A stretch of DNA of 58,420 nt from a virus (Duplodnaviria; Caudoviricetes), in the IMG/VR virus record IMGVR_UViG_3300012936_000015, positions 1-58,420 of that record; one strand, given 5' to 3'. The position numbers and the translations under genes are program-made. Positions 18,901 to 27,413 of this stretch are shown piece after piece (within the stretch, counting starts at the first letter, position 1; each line of letters starts with the position of its first letter). The notes below the pieces were generated by a model. That model was not told the origin of the DNA, did not search any database, and was given only the letters and a program-made list of their open reading frames with translations.

Positions 18901-21686
18901 GCGGTTCTTTTAAACCCAATGTTTTTTTGTATCTGTTGGTCTTGCTCTGCACTTATTTTATTTAAGTTTCTCATGTTAGTAGACCAATTAGATATTTGAG
19001 CATCACTAACTGATTGATTGGCCATAAAATCAAAATCAATAAGATTATTAGCGAGCTTGGTGTTGTTACGTGTAGCGGTCTCAACTAATAAATTTACTCC
19101 GGCACTTGACGCATTGTTACCTAAACCACCCCATGATTCTAAAAATATTTCTTTACCATCAATTTCTTGACCCGCATTAACTTGCGCTAACAATTCACCG
19201 AAACCTTCAGCAAGAGGGTCAAACACGGCACGTTCTGCTACTTGACCGGCCACCTTTCTTCCTGTACTTACAAAAGGTCCAGACAAGCTGCTAAACACAC
19301 GACCTGCCAACCTTTTTGATATAAGGTCTACTAGTAGTATTGGAATACCTCTTTTAACACCTAGTTCTCCACCCTCTTTCCAAGCCTCCTTGTCAGACAT
19401 AGCTTTTTTTACTTCTTCAGGATTTGTTAAATCATAGCCCTGCTTTTCAAACCCCTCTATCAATGAGTTAGTGTATTCTAAAATAAAAGAAGATAGGGAC
19501 ATACCTGTATTAAAACCCTTTTTTGCCCCAATCAAACCCCCTGGTATTGCTCCTGCACCACCTGTCGTTGCCGCTCCTATTCCTGCACCACCAAGTGCTC
19601 CTCCCACCGTAGTTAGAGGAACAATCCAAGAGCCGTAAGGTAATAGCTGTGTTAAACTTTCTGCCATTAAAGCTACACCATTAGCAACAGCCATAGGAGC
19701 GTTTAAACCACTCTCTCCTAATACATATTGTTTAGCTTCTCCATCTTTAGCTCTGTCAAATCGGTAAAGAAGTTTAGATTGTCGAGGGTCTCTTGAAGCC
19801 ATTAGCTCAGCAAGTCTTTCTTGAACTTCTTCATCTGTTCCATCTATTAATCCAAGTTTCATTTTCAACAAAAGATTTCCCACCTTCCCTCTTTTCAAAG
19901 CGTTACCCAAAGAAATCTTGAAAGCCTTCATACCCGTTACATATTCCCTCATTAGGTTTTCATCATTTTTTCTACTGTAAAATGTTTTAGCTAATTCATA
20001 TTTATAAGCAGAAAACTCTCTAGTCTTTTTTACTAATTCATTTTGATTCTGAAGAGCAAGTATTTGATTTACCTGCTGTTCGTTTTCAGGCACAATACTA
20101 TCAAGCTGTTCTATTGGAACACCAAATGTTTGAAGGGAAAGAACTTCTAGTTGGTCTTTATAGTCTAAAGCTTCTTGATTTATTTTTGCTGCATTTTTTG
20201 CTTTTACCTCAAACGCATTTTGTAGTTGTAAATCTAATTTATCTCTTAAGTCTTCTCTTTCTGAAGACATTACTACGTCTCTTAAATCATCTCGTTGAGC
20301 CTCTAAAGACTTTATCTGATTCTCAATATCAGGGTCTAAATTACCTTCAAAAAAATATTCACCATAAAGTTTTTGTTCTTCCGGTGTTAAGTCACTAAGC
20401 TTTGTACCCTCATCTAATGATTTTAAAAAAGACACGTCATTACGAGCCTTTTCATAATTTTGAAACATTTCTTGTTCTGCAAAATAATCTAAACCATTTT
20501 CAGCATATATTTCTTGCGCTAATATTTCCGGAGCATCCACATGTTTCCAAGCTCCTTCAGCAAACTTTTTAGCCTCTTCTTCAGTATCAAAATAATATGC
20601 TTCATCTCTTGTTTTAGCAAACGCTAAAGCGTTTTCCCAATCGTTACCCTCAAACTCTTCCCACCTATCCGGAAAACTACTTTGTATCTCAGGGTTTGCA
20701 GGAAACAACATTGGAAAAGCCACAAACCTACCATCTTCTTCTGCATAAGACATTAAATGAGTAGATACCGAACCATCTCTATTTTGTCTACCCACCTTTC
20801 TGCTACGTTGAGCTTTGACCGCTTTAGTTATAAAATCATCTACTTGAACCTCTCTTTCTTCGGGTGATGTAGAATACTTTACAATAAACTCTTTTAAAGA
20901 TTTAGAAGACTCGGGGTCGTTAGTATTTACACTAACCTCTATTGAGTTCAGCCCGTCTAAAGTTCTAACTAAAACTTTATTACCTAAGCCTGTTGGTTCA
21001 AAAACAAAACCATACTTTGAAAACTTAGTAGTTAGATAATCAACTACTTCTCCTTCCTTTTGTTCGGTAAGTGAATCGTCTATTGTTACTATATCTTTTT
21101 GAAAAGGTATGTTTTCAAACAATAAATTGTTTTTTGCTGATTTCTTTTTTTCTCTTTCTATTTCAAGTTCTATTTGTCTTTCTTTCTCATATCTAAGTCT
21201 ATCTTCTTCTGCTTGCTTATCTAGCTTTTCTTGAAACTGTTGTCTTGTTACTACAGAACCATCTTCTTCTTCAACTAATTCGTCTTTAGGTAGTTCAGGA
21301 ATTTGAGCTGATATTTGGTCACTTCGTGCAGGTTCAGGAGACATGTCAATCTGCTCCTTTTCATATTCTGTTAAATCTAAGTTTTTTAAATACTGTGAAT
21401 AATCAGGTAAAGGTTTTTTATCTTCTGACGAATCCGAAGAACCATCCTCTGTAGGAGATTCCGTAATAGTGAGGTCGAGGTTTTTTTTTTCAGGTAAGGC
21501 TTTGTTGCCAATCAAAACAGAAAATTCTTCTAGGCTGTCCGTATAGCCTTCTTCCTTGGCTATTTCGTAGGATATTTTTAAAGCATCCAAGTCAGTAGCC
21601 AAAAGGTTAATAAAGTCTGACTTACTTTTTCTATACCCTTCTTCTATTGCTAAGTTATAGGCTAAATCTAAAGCATCTTCATTCAT
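12939..21686 (-). CDS. Giant internal virion / ejection polyvalent protein (2915 aa) with GNAT-like and zincin-like (HEFGH) domains
   Basis: Last gene of the late arc after the tail genes; Gly/Ala hydrophobic segment; HPELQGLGLGQQMY acetyl-CoA-binding-type motif; HEFGH. Confidence 0.75.
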   Translation of the reverse strand: MNEDALDLAYNLAIEEGYRKSKSDFINLLATDLDALKISYEIAKEEGYTDSLEEFSVLIGNKALPEKKNLDLTITESPTEDGSSDSSEDKKPLPDYSQYLKNLDLTEYEKEQIDMSPEPARSDQISAQIPELPKDELVEEEDGSVVTRQQFQEKLDKQAEEDRLRYEKERQIELEIEREKKKSAKNNLLFENIPFQKDIVTIDDSLTEQKEGEVVDYLTTKFSKYGFVFEPTGLGNKVLVRTLDGLNSIEVSVNTNDPESSKSLKEFIVKYSTSPEEREVQVDDFITKAVKAQRSRKVGRQNRDGSVSTHLMSYAEEDGRFVAFPMLFPANPEIQSSFPDRWEEFEGNDWENALAFAKTRDEAYYFDTEEEAKKFAEGAWKHVDAPEILAQEIYAENGLDYFAEQEMFQNYEKARNDVSFLKSLDEGTKLSDLTPEEQKLYGEYFFEGNLDPDIENQIKSLEAQRDDLRDVVMSSEREDLRDKLDLQLQNAFEVKAKNAAKINQEALDYKDQLEVLSLQTFGVPIEQLDSIVPENEQQVNQILALQNQNELVKKTREFSAYKYELAKTFYSRKNDENLMREYVTGMKAFKISLGNALKRGKVGNLLLKMKLGLIDGTDEEVQERLAELMASRDPRQSKLLYRFDRAKDGEAKQYVLGESGLNAPMAVANGVALMAESLTQLLPYGSWIVPLTTVGGALGGAGIGAATTGGAGAIPGGLIGAKKGFNTGMSLSSFILEYTNSLIEGFEKQGYDLTNPEEVKKAMSDKEAWKEGGELGVKRGIPILLVDLISKRLAGRVFSSLSGPFVSTGRKVAGQVAERAVFDPLAEGFGELLAQVNAGQEIDGKEIFLESWGGLGNNASSAGVNLLVETATRNNTKLANNLIDFDFMANQSVSDAQISNWSTNMRNLNKISAEQDQQIQKNIGFKRTAKEMLGKNASNKTVSRVMELLSAKSDLSRTNNLKQINTNTIADIDAELAQIVNSGNIVKDGINVNALRDVQSQPSRKAVYMIDGKMRTKAQFVRDLDKMTDSQLENAVVSNDNEVKNLLNNKRKKILDDAIQESKTESVDVGEQTTDGATMGTRDTQQETTPESETTQVQEQEVEVETETPAIPTPAKATRTDKNRYANNELENERLDSLLAEIANKNMNNKKLTPFQKQLATENESRLAEIESDMQGVVDLEKSLQEDTQTQANLNNQQLIDEANANLDGQIEDLNNEIASVQQQLKQDLAKKGLTRDDKIELREEAKSEIESYKEDIKEAKRENRKEIARIKRENRGTNVEFKTEGKIDDNAEFVEFKSQQKSNTPKMKRAPVEGGIQNAFNNLVNQLSPERSRGGMMFTTGIFKNNNPSFELDADLVERIKNKETEVKFLVMDGSKMTKEQRDFYQVNPFKTRVFLHADGQLVGRLEMVSGKEGIEMSKENGTVTISEIHPELQGLGLGQQMYESANDYVQETYNQPLKSDKNYTSERAERTWSALEEKGKTTRRKPTMRKSPSMQVLRNKERQVMGETQFSFKDEKMLVDAVNQAYNIYGPLTSSEIMKVISGLVTEGDPVNNNTQLLAFMNKSFPSVNISSTQEAFNNVINRQDVRNYTRDGVTYYGVTVDGDIWINPEVHNSQSELFNTSIHEFGHVWTNYLQTTEKGREIYKKGTELVMQTQLYKKQLRKFNGDVKRAVNETMAILIANKGEDIASASLISKFKNWLQGMWTYIKSQFKMSKDLTVSDIENMTLDTFLGTALADIFSGKEIKLTDKQLIQLKNPDVMFSSTDSIIDIVNKGRQQGISDASIKSVLQSRGFKARDINEALRIQVDENVTLPTEFTNIDGGAIEGFRLFNEIKNKLNKFAYTTSEGKRRARRVRTYADVRAEAQRLLKESELYQKQNKDTQMAMQVALDNSLRITSNPTIQKEISAIKNIIKNKKLAVKDIKSLQNQLRTLIRKVLPKSETYSQTQINSLLKRITDLTPQNYVAKTEEVMKIIDKQKSKIKNQLIEKIKKLVRKKAAAAVTPGGRKVSKGLDAIGRDFFKQVNNILKVALISDSDTRNAEIQKIKNDISPETIFNQLQITESELISKALNNPETLTDREQAMLNKIKAFDTVGDIMSASMEEVQAKLKILEEARAESIGRLQLKRLERATKQERLSEQATKQIEETYPELFTTDKDGNKIPKNQNELNQDRASINQIFKDKKLYKNLKEYLKKLNLKFDSIIGIRDFFKTYLAHLGTLTEILDRSLEGKNFFNNNIYKPLRKMRRNQLLGIEKVNKKFDEIANSIPGITKGYKEIRKKLYIGIIDLNVKGKTLRLSGDELLRIYALSKNDVQRAKLERQGFTPEKIDEIKKILGPQTIEFADKIVEFLSTEYFDSVNKVYKESNDISLDYVENYFPTQTLERKSASEELLIKGNFSNIFTDETHSALKERNNKTGEVKIGVGFLDTLTNHVNSMEHYKAYALGVKDLTAIINTPAVKVLLDASGLGRGIKQAINFAVNPDSISDGQMTFLEKLQTKFTSYALAFRLMQIPKQASSFFNAFEDYKFIRSRTPIEKQSRATKLLDLALTPVELLAFMADMGYIMLTLPKQLQKAYKLSPVFRDRVQKGLEGDLYGLVSGSPVDRSVSQKETRMGDFLRAFKTAMGSPTMLGDVMGIMGYMANYNADIRAGVDPDVAAEIFENYELTQQTRGGTEKIPLQMKTGFANRFFTMFGSTLFLQMNKVYMGMTNIYRAASKGTVDSNAIRALVLNLGVANVLFVAMANIFKYTKGEDEDKEEVLEQMSKAMKGMNLITQIPLIGGTLEFAVDKIDGKNPRQVQEGVNPLNRVMTQTLKFMTNDDLSTLQKGAKTIESLAELAVGFQFDPFFQLSVEGDGVDINFPIRTLIQQGEVSEEAFYDVIGVSPSYRPNASRKKSRSTGGGSRKSTGRRGGVKRK

Positions 21687-21693
21687 GACTTAA

Positions 21694-23808
21694 TTATTTG
21701 TTATAGTTCTTAAACCTATCTTTTTTATTTGTTCCGCCTCCGCCATCACCGCTTGCTCCTCTAAAAACACCATCACCACCATTCCATTGTTCTGCAGCGT
21801 CTATAATACCTAGTTGCATAAATAACCCTGCATTATTAAACTTCTCCCAATCTCCTTCTTGGAACATAGATATATAATCACTTGGTCTAATCTTTTTCCC
21901 ATCAGCCTTAGCTGCACTATTAAATAAGTCTTCTATGAGTTTGTTAAACAAATCCACATTAGCTTTGTCTTTATTTTCATCTGCATTTGTAGGTATAGTA
22001 ATTGGTGCAGTCATAATCTCAGGGTAGAATATAGTTATTGAACCATCATCTCCATCGCCACCATTTAAAGTTACTTTTTTACCATCGTCATTGGTATAAG
22101 TTATATCACTAATATTTTGTGTAATAGAACCGTCATTAGAATATGATTCAGTAGTTAAAAAGCCTAATATTTCTTTTGCATTTTTAGCAAACATATCAGC
22201 ATTTTTTGTAGAGCTAAATGCTAAATTCTTATATTCTAACAGAAAGTCACTTGGTCTTTCGATTTTATTATTTGCATCTTTTCTTTCAGACATATTAAAA
22301 TCAGCTTGGTCTTTTTTTATCGTAAGGGTATAGTCTCCTACACCATCACCTTTTTGCATGTCTTTATACAGACCTGAGTTAGCAATAGCTTTATTTAGAT
22401 TGTCTATATCTCTTCCTCCATCAACATGAGTTATAATAGCTTCTATAAACTCGGCAGGGTTGTCTCCTCTTGGTATTGGAGGTACTTCTATAAGATTCCC
22501 GTCACTATCTTTTTTAGTTATAAGAACATCATCACCCACAACTCTAATACTAAAAATATCCTCATTATCCCCTCCAATAGTAGAAAGAATTTGTGTAACA
22601 TCTTCATCGTCACCTGTCCATAATCTTGCTAGGTTTCTTACATAGTTTTCTGCTCCTTTTTTAGAATCAGACCTGTCAAATTCAGTACTAGTTAGAGCTC
22701 TGTCTTGAGCCCCTACTTTAATTTTTCTGTCTAACTGACCCAATATTTGTGTCTCAAGCATGTCTTGTATAACCTTATATTGTTTCTTTCCATTTTCAGT
22801 AGAAAAGTCAGGAACTAACAAACCGCTGTTCATTCTTTCAGGGTCATTTACCAATAGTATTTTATTTTCGTCTCCTGCCGCCTCATTAGGGTCCATGGTA
22901 AATTCATATTCTTCACCGGTATTAGGATTAAACTTTATATAGTCCATTAATATACTACCATTATCAACGTCATTTGTCATGCTACTATTAATCCAATTTT
23001 TTAGTGCTTCTTTAAACATAGGATTTTCTCTAGCATCGGTTATTGTTATCGGCCTTCCAAATTCTTTTTCTAACTTATCATAAGATGTAGATAGCTGATT
23101 TTCTATTTCATCTAACCTGCCCTCTAAATCATACTTGTCTATTCTTTGCTTAACTCTGTTTCTTAACTGCTGAACTTCTGCAAAATCATTTTGGTCTTGA
23201 CTTATACCACCCGTTAACTGCCCTTCTTCATCCTTTGCTCTTTTACCCAAAACAACTCTAAAGTTAGTAGGGTTAATATATAGAGCATGGTTTTCTAATT
23301 TACCCAAAGACTCTGCTTGCATCATTTGAAACTGTTCTTGTGCTGCAGAGCAGTCAATTACCTTTCCGTCAGGACCGGGTTTACCACAATTTTGCATACG
23401 AGCCATAGCCTCATCATAATCTTTATTCCATTCTTCCATAATGGCAAACGTTTGATTTGTGCCATCTTTTAAATTTTGAACTGCAACTGTATAATCTTTT
23501 AGGGATATATTACCACTTTTTAAATTCCTATCTAACATAAGCATGGCCTGCTTAGCATTGTCCGCATATTCAAGCAAAGTATCGTTTCTACCGGCATGAT
23601 TACCTAAAGGAGCATTGTCAAGGGTGGTTTGAATTGCTTCAGATTCTTCTTTTATTTTATTTCTCTGAAGTTCTTTTTCGGTCTGAACCGCCTGCATTGT
23701 TGTGTCAAGCTTGTTGCTTATAGCACTCCAATCTAAACTTTCTACAGCTTTACCTCTTGCGTAGCCCGTTGGCGCATTTCCTGATACATCTATTTTTCTT
23801 ACAGCCAT
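21694..23808 (-). CDS. Putative internal virion (ejection) protein
   Basis: 704 aa, helical; position matches podovirus core proteins. Confidence 0.6.
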   Translation of the reverse strand: MAVRKIDVSGNAPTGYARGKAVESLDWSAISNKLDTTMQAVQTEKELQRNKIKEESEAIQTTLDNAPLGNHAGRNDTLLEYADNAKQAMLMLDRNLKSGNISLKDYTVAVQNLKDGTNQTFAIMEEWNKDYDEAMARMQNCGKPGPDGKVIDCSAAQEQFQMMQAESLGKLENHALYINPTNFRVVLGKRAKDEEGQLTGGISQDQNDFAEVQQLRNRVKQRIDKYDLEGRLDEIENQLSTSYDKLEKEFGRPITITDARENPMFKEALKNWINSSMTNDVDNGSILMDYIKFNPNTGEEYEFTMDPNEAAGDENKILLVNDPERMNSGLLVPDFSTENGKKQYKVIQDMLETQILGQLDRKIKVGAQDRALTSTEFDRSDSKKGAENYVRNLARLWTGDDEDVTQILSTIGGDNEDIFSIRVVGDDVLITKKDSDGNLIEVPPIPRGDNPAEFIEAIITHVDGGRDIDNLNKAIANSGLYKDMQKGDGVGDYTLTIKKDQADFNMSERKDANNKIERPSDFLLEYKNLAFSSTKNADMFAKNAKEILGFLTTESYSNDGSITQNISDITYTNDDGKKVTLNGGDGDDGSITIFYPEIMTAPITIPTNADENKDKANVDLFNKLIEDLFNSAAKADGKKIRPSDYISMFQEGDWEKFNNAGLFMQLGIIDAAEQWNGGDGVFRGASGDGGGGTNKKDRFKNYNK

Positions 23809-23817
23809 ATTTAATAA

Positions 23818-24585
23818 TTACATGTTAAAATTTAGTAGATAAGGATTGGTGTTCTGCTGCTGATTATATTGACTCAATGATGTTGGCATTGTAGGTTGCA
23901 TACTTTGTATTTGTTGATTAGCCATCTGAACACTAGAAGGATTAAGCGACATCATACTAGTCGGAGGAGTAATATTACTTCTATAATTACCTTGAAAGTT
24001 TAACCCTGACAAATCAGTAGTGGCTTGGTCTGCTTTGCTAAATAGTGGAGTAAACTCTGAAGCTGCCATACCACCAAGTTTGATGGTGCTATCTATCCCT
24101 TGCTGTATCATTTTAGTACGAGTCGCTGCCGCATCTGCCGCTCTTTCTACATTACCTTGGTATTGACCTAAATCTAAAGCAACTTTAGCGTCTCTCAAAG
24201 CCATTTCTTCTTCTACCGTAGCTCTCTCTAATTCTTGCAGAGCACCAATTTGTTGATTTTGAATGTTTTGCTCTTGTGCTTGCTGAGCCTGTAAAACCTT
24301 TCCCGCAGTAGCCGCACCACCTCTTTCATCACCCTCTACCGCTTGTTGCATTTGTGCTGTAGAAGCCACAAGGTTTTGTTCTCTTGCTCTTTCATAAGGC
24401 TCCATAGATAAACTTAGCTCTTCCATGTAATTAGTTTCAAGCTTTTTACGAGCATCTTTCATAAATTTAGCCGCATCTCTTTCAGCTTTTGCTTGTATCT
24501 TTTTTTGTTTATTAGCTTGAATAAAACTACTCCCTGCACTTACGGCCGCACCTGCCGCCATTACTATTGTTGTTGCTGCTGCCAT
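23818..24585 (-). CDS. Putative internal virion protein
   Basis: Ala-rich hydrophobic N-terminus followed by a Gln/Ala coiled coil, like small podovirus ejection proteins. Confidence 0.6.
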   Translation of the reverse strand: MAAATTIVMAAGAAVSAGSSFIQANKQKKIQAKAERDAAKFMKDARKKLETNYMEELSLSMEPYERAREQNLVASTAQMQQAVEGDERGGAATAGKVLQAQQAQEQNIQNQQIGALQELERATVEEEMALRDAKVALDLGQYQGNVERAADAAATRTKMIQQGIDSTIKLGGMAASEFTPLFSKADQATTDLSGLNFQGNYRSNITPPTSMMSLNPSSVQMANQQIQSMQPTMPTSLSQYNQQQNTNPYLLNFNM

Positions 24586-24586
24586 A

Positions 24587-24997
24587 TTAATATACTTTTA
24601 TCATTTCTTGACTATATTGGTCTCCCGCATTATAACCAAGTTTTTCATAGGTTTTTATTAGTTTCTTATGCCTTAACAAAGCATAGCTATACTTTTTATT
24701 TTGTTTTTTACAAATCTCTCCTAACGTTAAAATTAAAAGGTCTAAAGCCTCTTCTCTTTGAGGTATCTTACGGTATTCTTTGTTTGATATAATCCAATCT
24801 ACCCAACCCACTTTAGAGTTTGTATTATAAACAAAACCTGCACAAACAGGTATATCTTTGTCCCAAACCATTACTCCCCCCGTCCCATTCTCAGGTAAAA
24901 AATCTCTTTGCGGAGGAGTCCACTTCCATTGTTTCCACCAAGGAACTAATATATTATCATAGTCCTCTGTTTTGAGTGGTGTTAAATTTAATTCCAT
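24587..24997 (-). CDS. GNAT-fold protein preceding the ejection genes
   Basis: VCAGFVY...WVDWIISNKEYRK...YEKLGY pattern; position like T7 gp13-type genes. Confidence 0.6.
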   Translation of the reverse strand: MELNLTPLKTEDYDNILVPWWKQWKWTPPQRDFLPENGTGGVMVWDKDIPVCAGFVYNTNSKVGWVDWIISNKEYRKIPQREEALDLLILTLGEICKKQNKKYSYALLRHKKLIKTYEKLGYNAGDQYSQEMIKVY

Positions 24998-25004
24998 TTC
25001 ACTA

Positions 25005-25012
25005 CAAAGATA
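25005..25012 (-). promoter_or_regulatory. Bacteroidota -7 element TATCTTTG
   Basis: CAAAGATA on the + strand just upstream of the 24997 start. Confidence 0.6.
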
Positions 25013-25035
25013 ATAAAAAATAAAGATAAGTTTTA

Positions 25036-25968
25036 TTATGGGTTGCTTTTCATTACCTCTGAGCCTATAGAAAATAATTCTACCGCACTAGAAGTAGTAA
25101 TTGATAATGTTATTTCTGCATAGTCTCCTAACAAACCATAAGATTCAACTTGTGTGTTTTTTACAAGAGTCAACATATTAATTAAATCCGCCCCAACTAT
25201 ACTAGAGGCCGGAGAAGAAGTACCGGGTGAAATATCAACTTCTATCATAGGTTGACCTACAAAAGGTGAATCAGGTGGAACGGGAGGTGTAGCAGAGTAA
25301 TCATTATTTACACCTATAGCTGTTATAACTCCTGTCCAAAATGAAAAAGATATATTACCCGCTACAATGTTAGATGTAATAGTAAGGTCTCCTACTGCTG
25401 CTAAGGGTGATATTTCAAAACCTAAAGGAAAATTTATTCGGTAATTAGTACCCCCTAAAGATTCAACATTTCCTATTGGAAAAGTACCTATACCCGACAC
25501 TCCCCTTGAATTTATAGCATCACCACCTAACAAGGTCGGAATGGTACTTAAACCAACGTTAGAGTTGGTAACATTGGGGTTATATATATAACTATACATG
25601 TGACCTTCTTTGCTTGACACCCACTCTTGGTCACCATTTATTGTTTCATTAAAATTAGTAGTATGAGGAGTTGATTCAAGATTAGAAACGATAGATGTAC
25701 CCCAACCCACCCCGGTAGTACCTATTAAGTTTATAGATTTAAAAACTTTAGTTTCTAAACTAGACTCATTTAATACTGTAGTTACACTACTTGCAAACTG
25801 TTGACCATAAAAATTAGCACGCAAAGGGTTTGTGTTATGCCTATACAAATCACCACCCTTAAAAGTATATAAATAATTATTACTGCCCTGTATCCATTCG
25901 GGAACAAAGCTATAAAAAGAAGGCCACCCTTTTACTCCTTCGCTATATGTTAATGTGTATGTTGCCAT
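25036..25968 (-). CDS. Tail protein, probable C-terminal part of a split nozzle/stabilization protein
   Basis: Starts TLTYSEGVKGWPSFYSFVP...LYRHN and contains KVFKSINL and KEG motifs recalled from stabilization-protein C-termini. Confidence 0.55.
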   Translation of the reverse strand: MATYTLTYSEGVKGWPSFYSFVPEWIQGSNNYLYTFKGGDLYRHNTNPLRANFYGQQFASSVTTVLNESSLETKVFKSINLIGTTGVGWGTSIVSNLESTPHTTNFNETINGDQEWVSSKEGHMYSYIYNPNVTNSNVGLSTIPTLLGGDAINSRGVSGIGTFPIGNVESLGGTNYRINFPLGFEISPLAAVGDLTITSNIVAGNISFSFWTGVITAIGVNNDYSATPPVPPDSPFVGQPMIEVDISPGTSSPASSIVGADLINMLTLVKNTQVESYGLLGDYAEITLSITTSSAVELFSIGSEVMKSNP

Positions 25969-25978
25969 AGTTTATTTT

Positions 25979-27382
25979 TTATTCATCTTCACATCTTACT
26001 ATTCTAGTTATTATTCCATGATTATCAATTTGTATCAAAGCAGTAGAAGATTCAGTGTCATAGTTCAAATCCACCTGATTACTAGTTCCAGGGAAAGTAA
26101 GGTCTATAGTTTTGTATTGATTTCCGTTTGTTATGTTCCCCGGATTTAAACCTAAAACTAAACTTACTTTGTACCATTGATATTTATTTGTACCACCCGT
26201 AGGATTAACCCCTGCCACTGCACCTTCATTCCACCTAAATTCTGAATTAGTTGGGTTTGGATTCATATAAGCAAAAGAATTAATTGCTAAAACATTATTT
26301 CCATAATTAGATTGCACATAAGCACCTATACCGCCTTCATATATAGAAACGCTTTCTGCCGCATTAAAAGTACTTACCATCCATAAAGTGTTTTGATAAT
26401 TAATAGTAGTCCCCGTACAACTAGGTGTTAAAGCACCATCGTTTGTTTCTAATAATAACTGACTCATATTAAAACCTTGAGGTGTTTGTGGGCATACAAT
26501 AGTAAATTCAAAACCTGTGTTATTATAACCACCTGCAAAATTTACCTCTACCTGTTGATTAAAAGATTGAGTTTTACATACAGGAATACAAAAAGTACCT
26601 ATTCGCAAGTCACAAGCTGCTACACCTGTGTTAGCTTGAACAACACCCGCTCCATCTAATCCCATAACAGCCATTTCGGTTACAGTATCATCACCCCTAC
26701 CACTACTAGCATTGTAATTACTTATTTCTATTTGCTGTGAAGAACCGGTAGGTAAAAACTGTGCTGTTGCATCATCCCATTCTTGAACATCAAAAACAGT
26801 AGAATCAGGTGACGCAGCATTATTAGAAATCGGAGGGGCAGGATAAGTGCCTATATTCCAACTACTAGATATACAACCCGGACTACCACTACCGGTCAAA
26901 CCCGCAAAATTAGTTGTATAATTACCCATAGTACCCACAAAAACTAAATTGTCATACACATTAGTGCTACCACTTGTATTATTATTAGCTGCATATCCAT
27001 TAAACTGCGCTACACCTTCTGCTATTATCTGTCCTTCAAACTTACACGCTATAGCATCAGGTTGGTTATCGGGGTCTATAGTTACTAAACACACCCCTTG
27101 ACCTACACCAAGGTCCGCATTTACTTTGTAAAGATTTGTAATCTGTGGGTCTACATTATAAACCGTACCACAAACAATAGTTGCAGGCTCACAAGTAGGG
27201 CAATTTAAACCCGGTCCTAAAGAGCATACACCTCCTGCTGCATTAGTTAAGTATCTAACAGTAACACCGTTTGAATAATATCCTTGTGGAGCACATGTAG
27301 TAAGTGCCGCATCTGTCCACACACCGGAAGCATACTCAAAGTTGTCTGTATTTATAAAATAAGGTCCAATAGTTGCAGGCAT
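25979..27382 (-). CDS. Cys-rich beta-structured tail-associated / receptor-binding-like protein
   Basis: 467 aa rich in Gly/Thr/Asn/Cys; APQGYYSNG motif; within the tail module. Confidence 0.5.
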   Translation of the reverse strand: MPATIGPYFINTDNFEYASGVWTDAALTTCAPQGYYSNGVTVRYLTNAAGGVCSLGPGLNCPTCEPATIVCGTVYNVDPQITNLYKVNADLGVGQGVCLVTIDPDNQPDAIACKFEGQIIAEGVAQFNGYAANNNTSGSTNVYDNLVFVGTMGNYTTNFAGLTGSGSPGCISSSWNIGTYPAPPISNNAASPDSTVFDVQEWDDATAQFLPTGSSQQIEISNYNASSGRGDDTVTEMAVMGLDGAGVVQANTGVAACDLRIGTFCIPVCKTQSFNQQVEVNFAGGYNNTGFEFTIVCPQTPQGFNMSQLLLETNDGALTPSCTGTTINYQNTLWMVSTFNAAESVSIYEGGIGAYVQSNYGNNVLAINSFAYMNPNPTNSEFRWNEGAVAGVNPTGGTNKYQWYKVSLVLGLNPGNITNGNQYKTIDLTFPGTSNQVDLNYDTESSTALIQIDNHGIITRIVRCEDE

Positions 27383-27413
27383 AATTAATTATTTTTTTTT
27401 GTTAATATTATAT

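Noticed and set aside
12939-21686. Virion RNA polymerase as in crAss-like or N4-like phages
   Set aside because: I found no DxDGD/DFDID-type catalytic motif in a polymerase context; host-type promoters precede both early and late genes.
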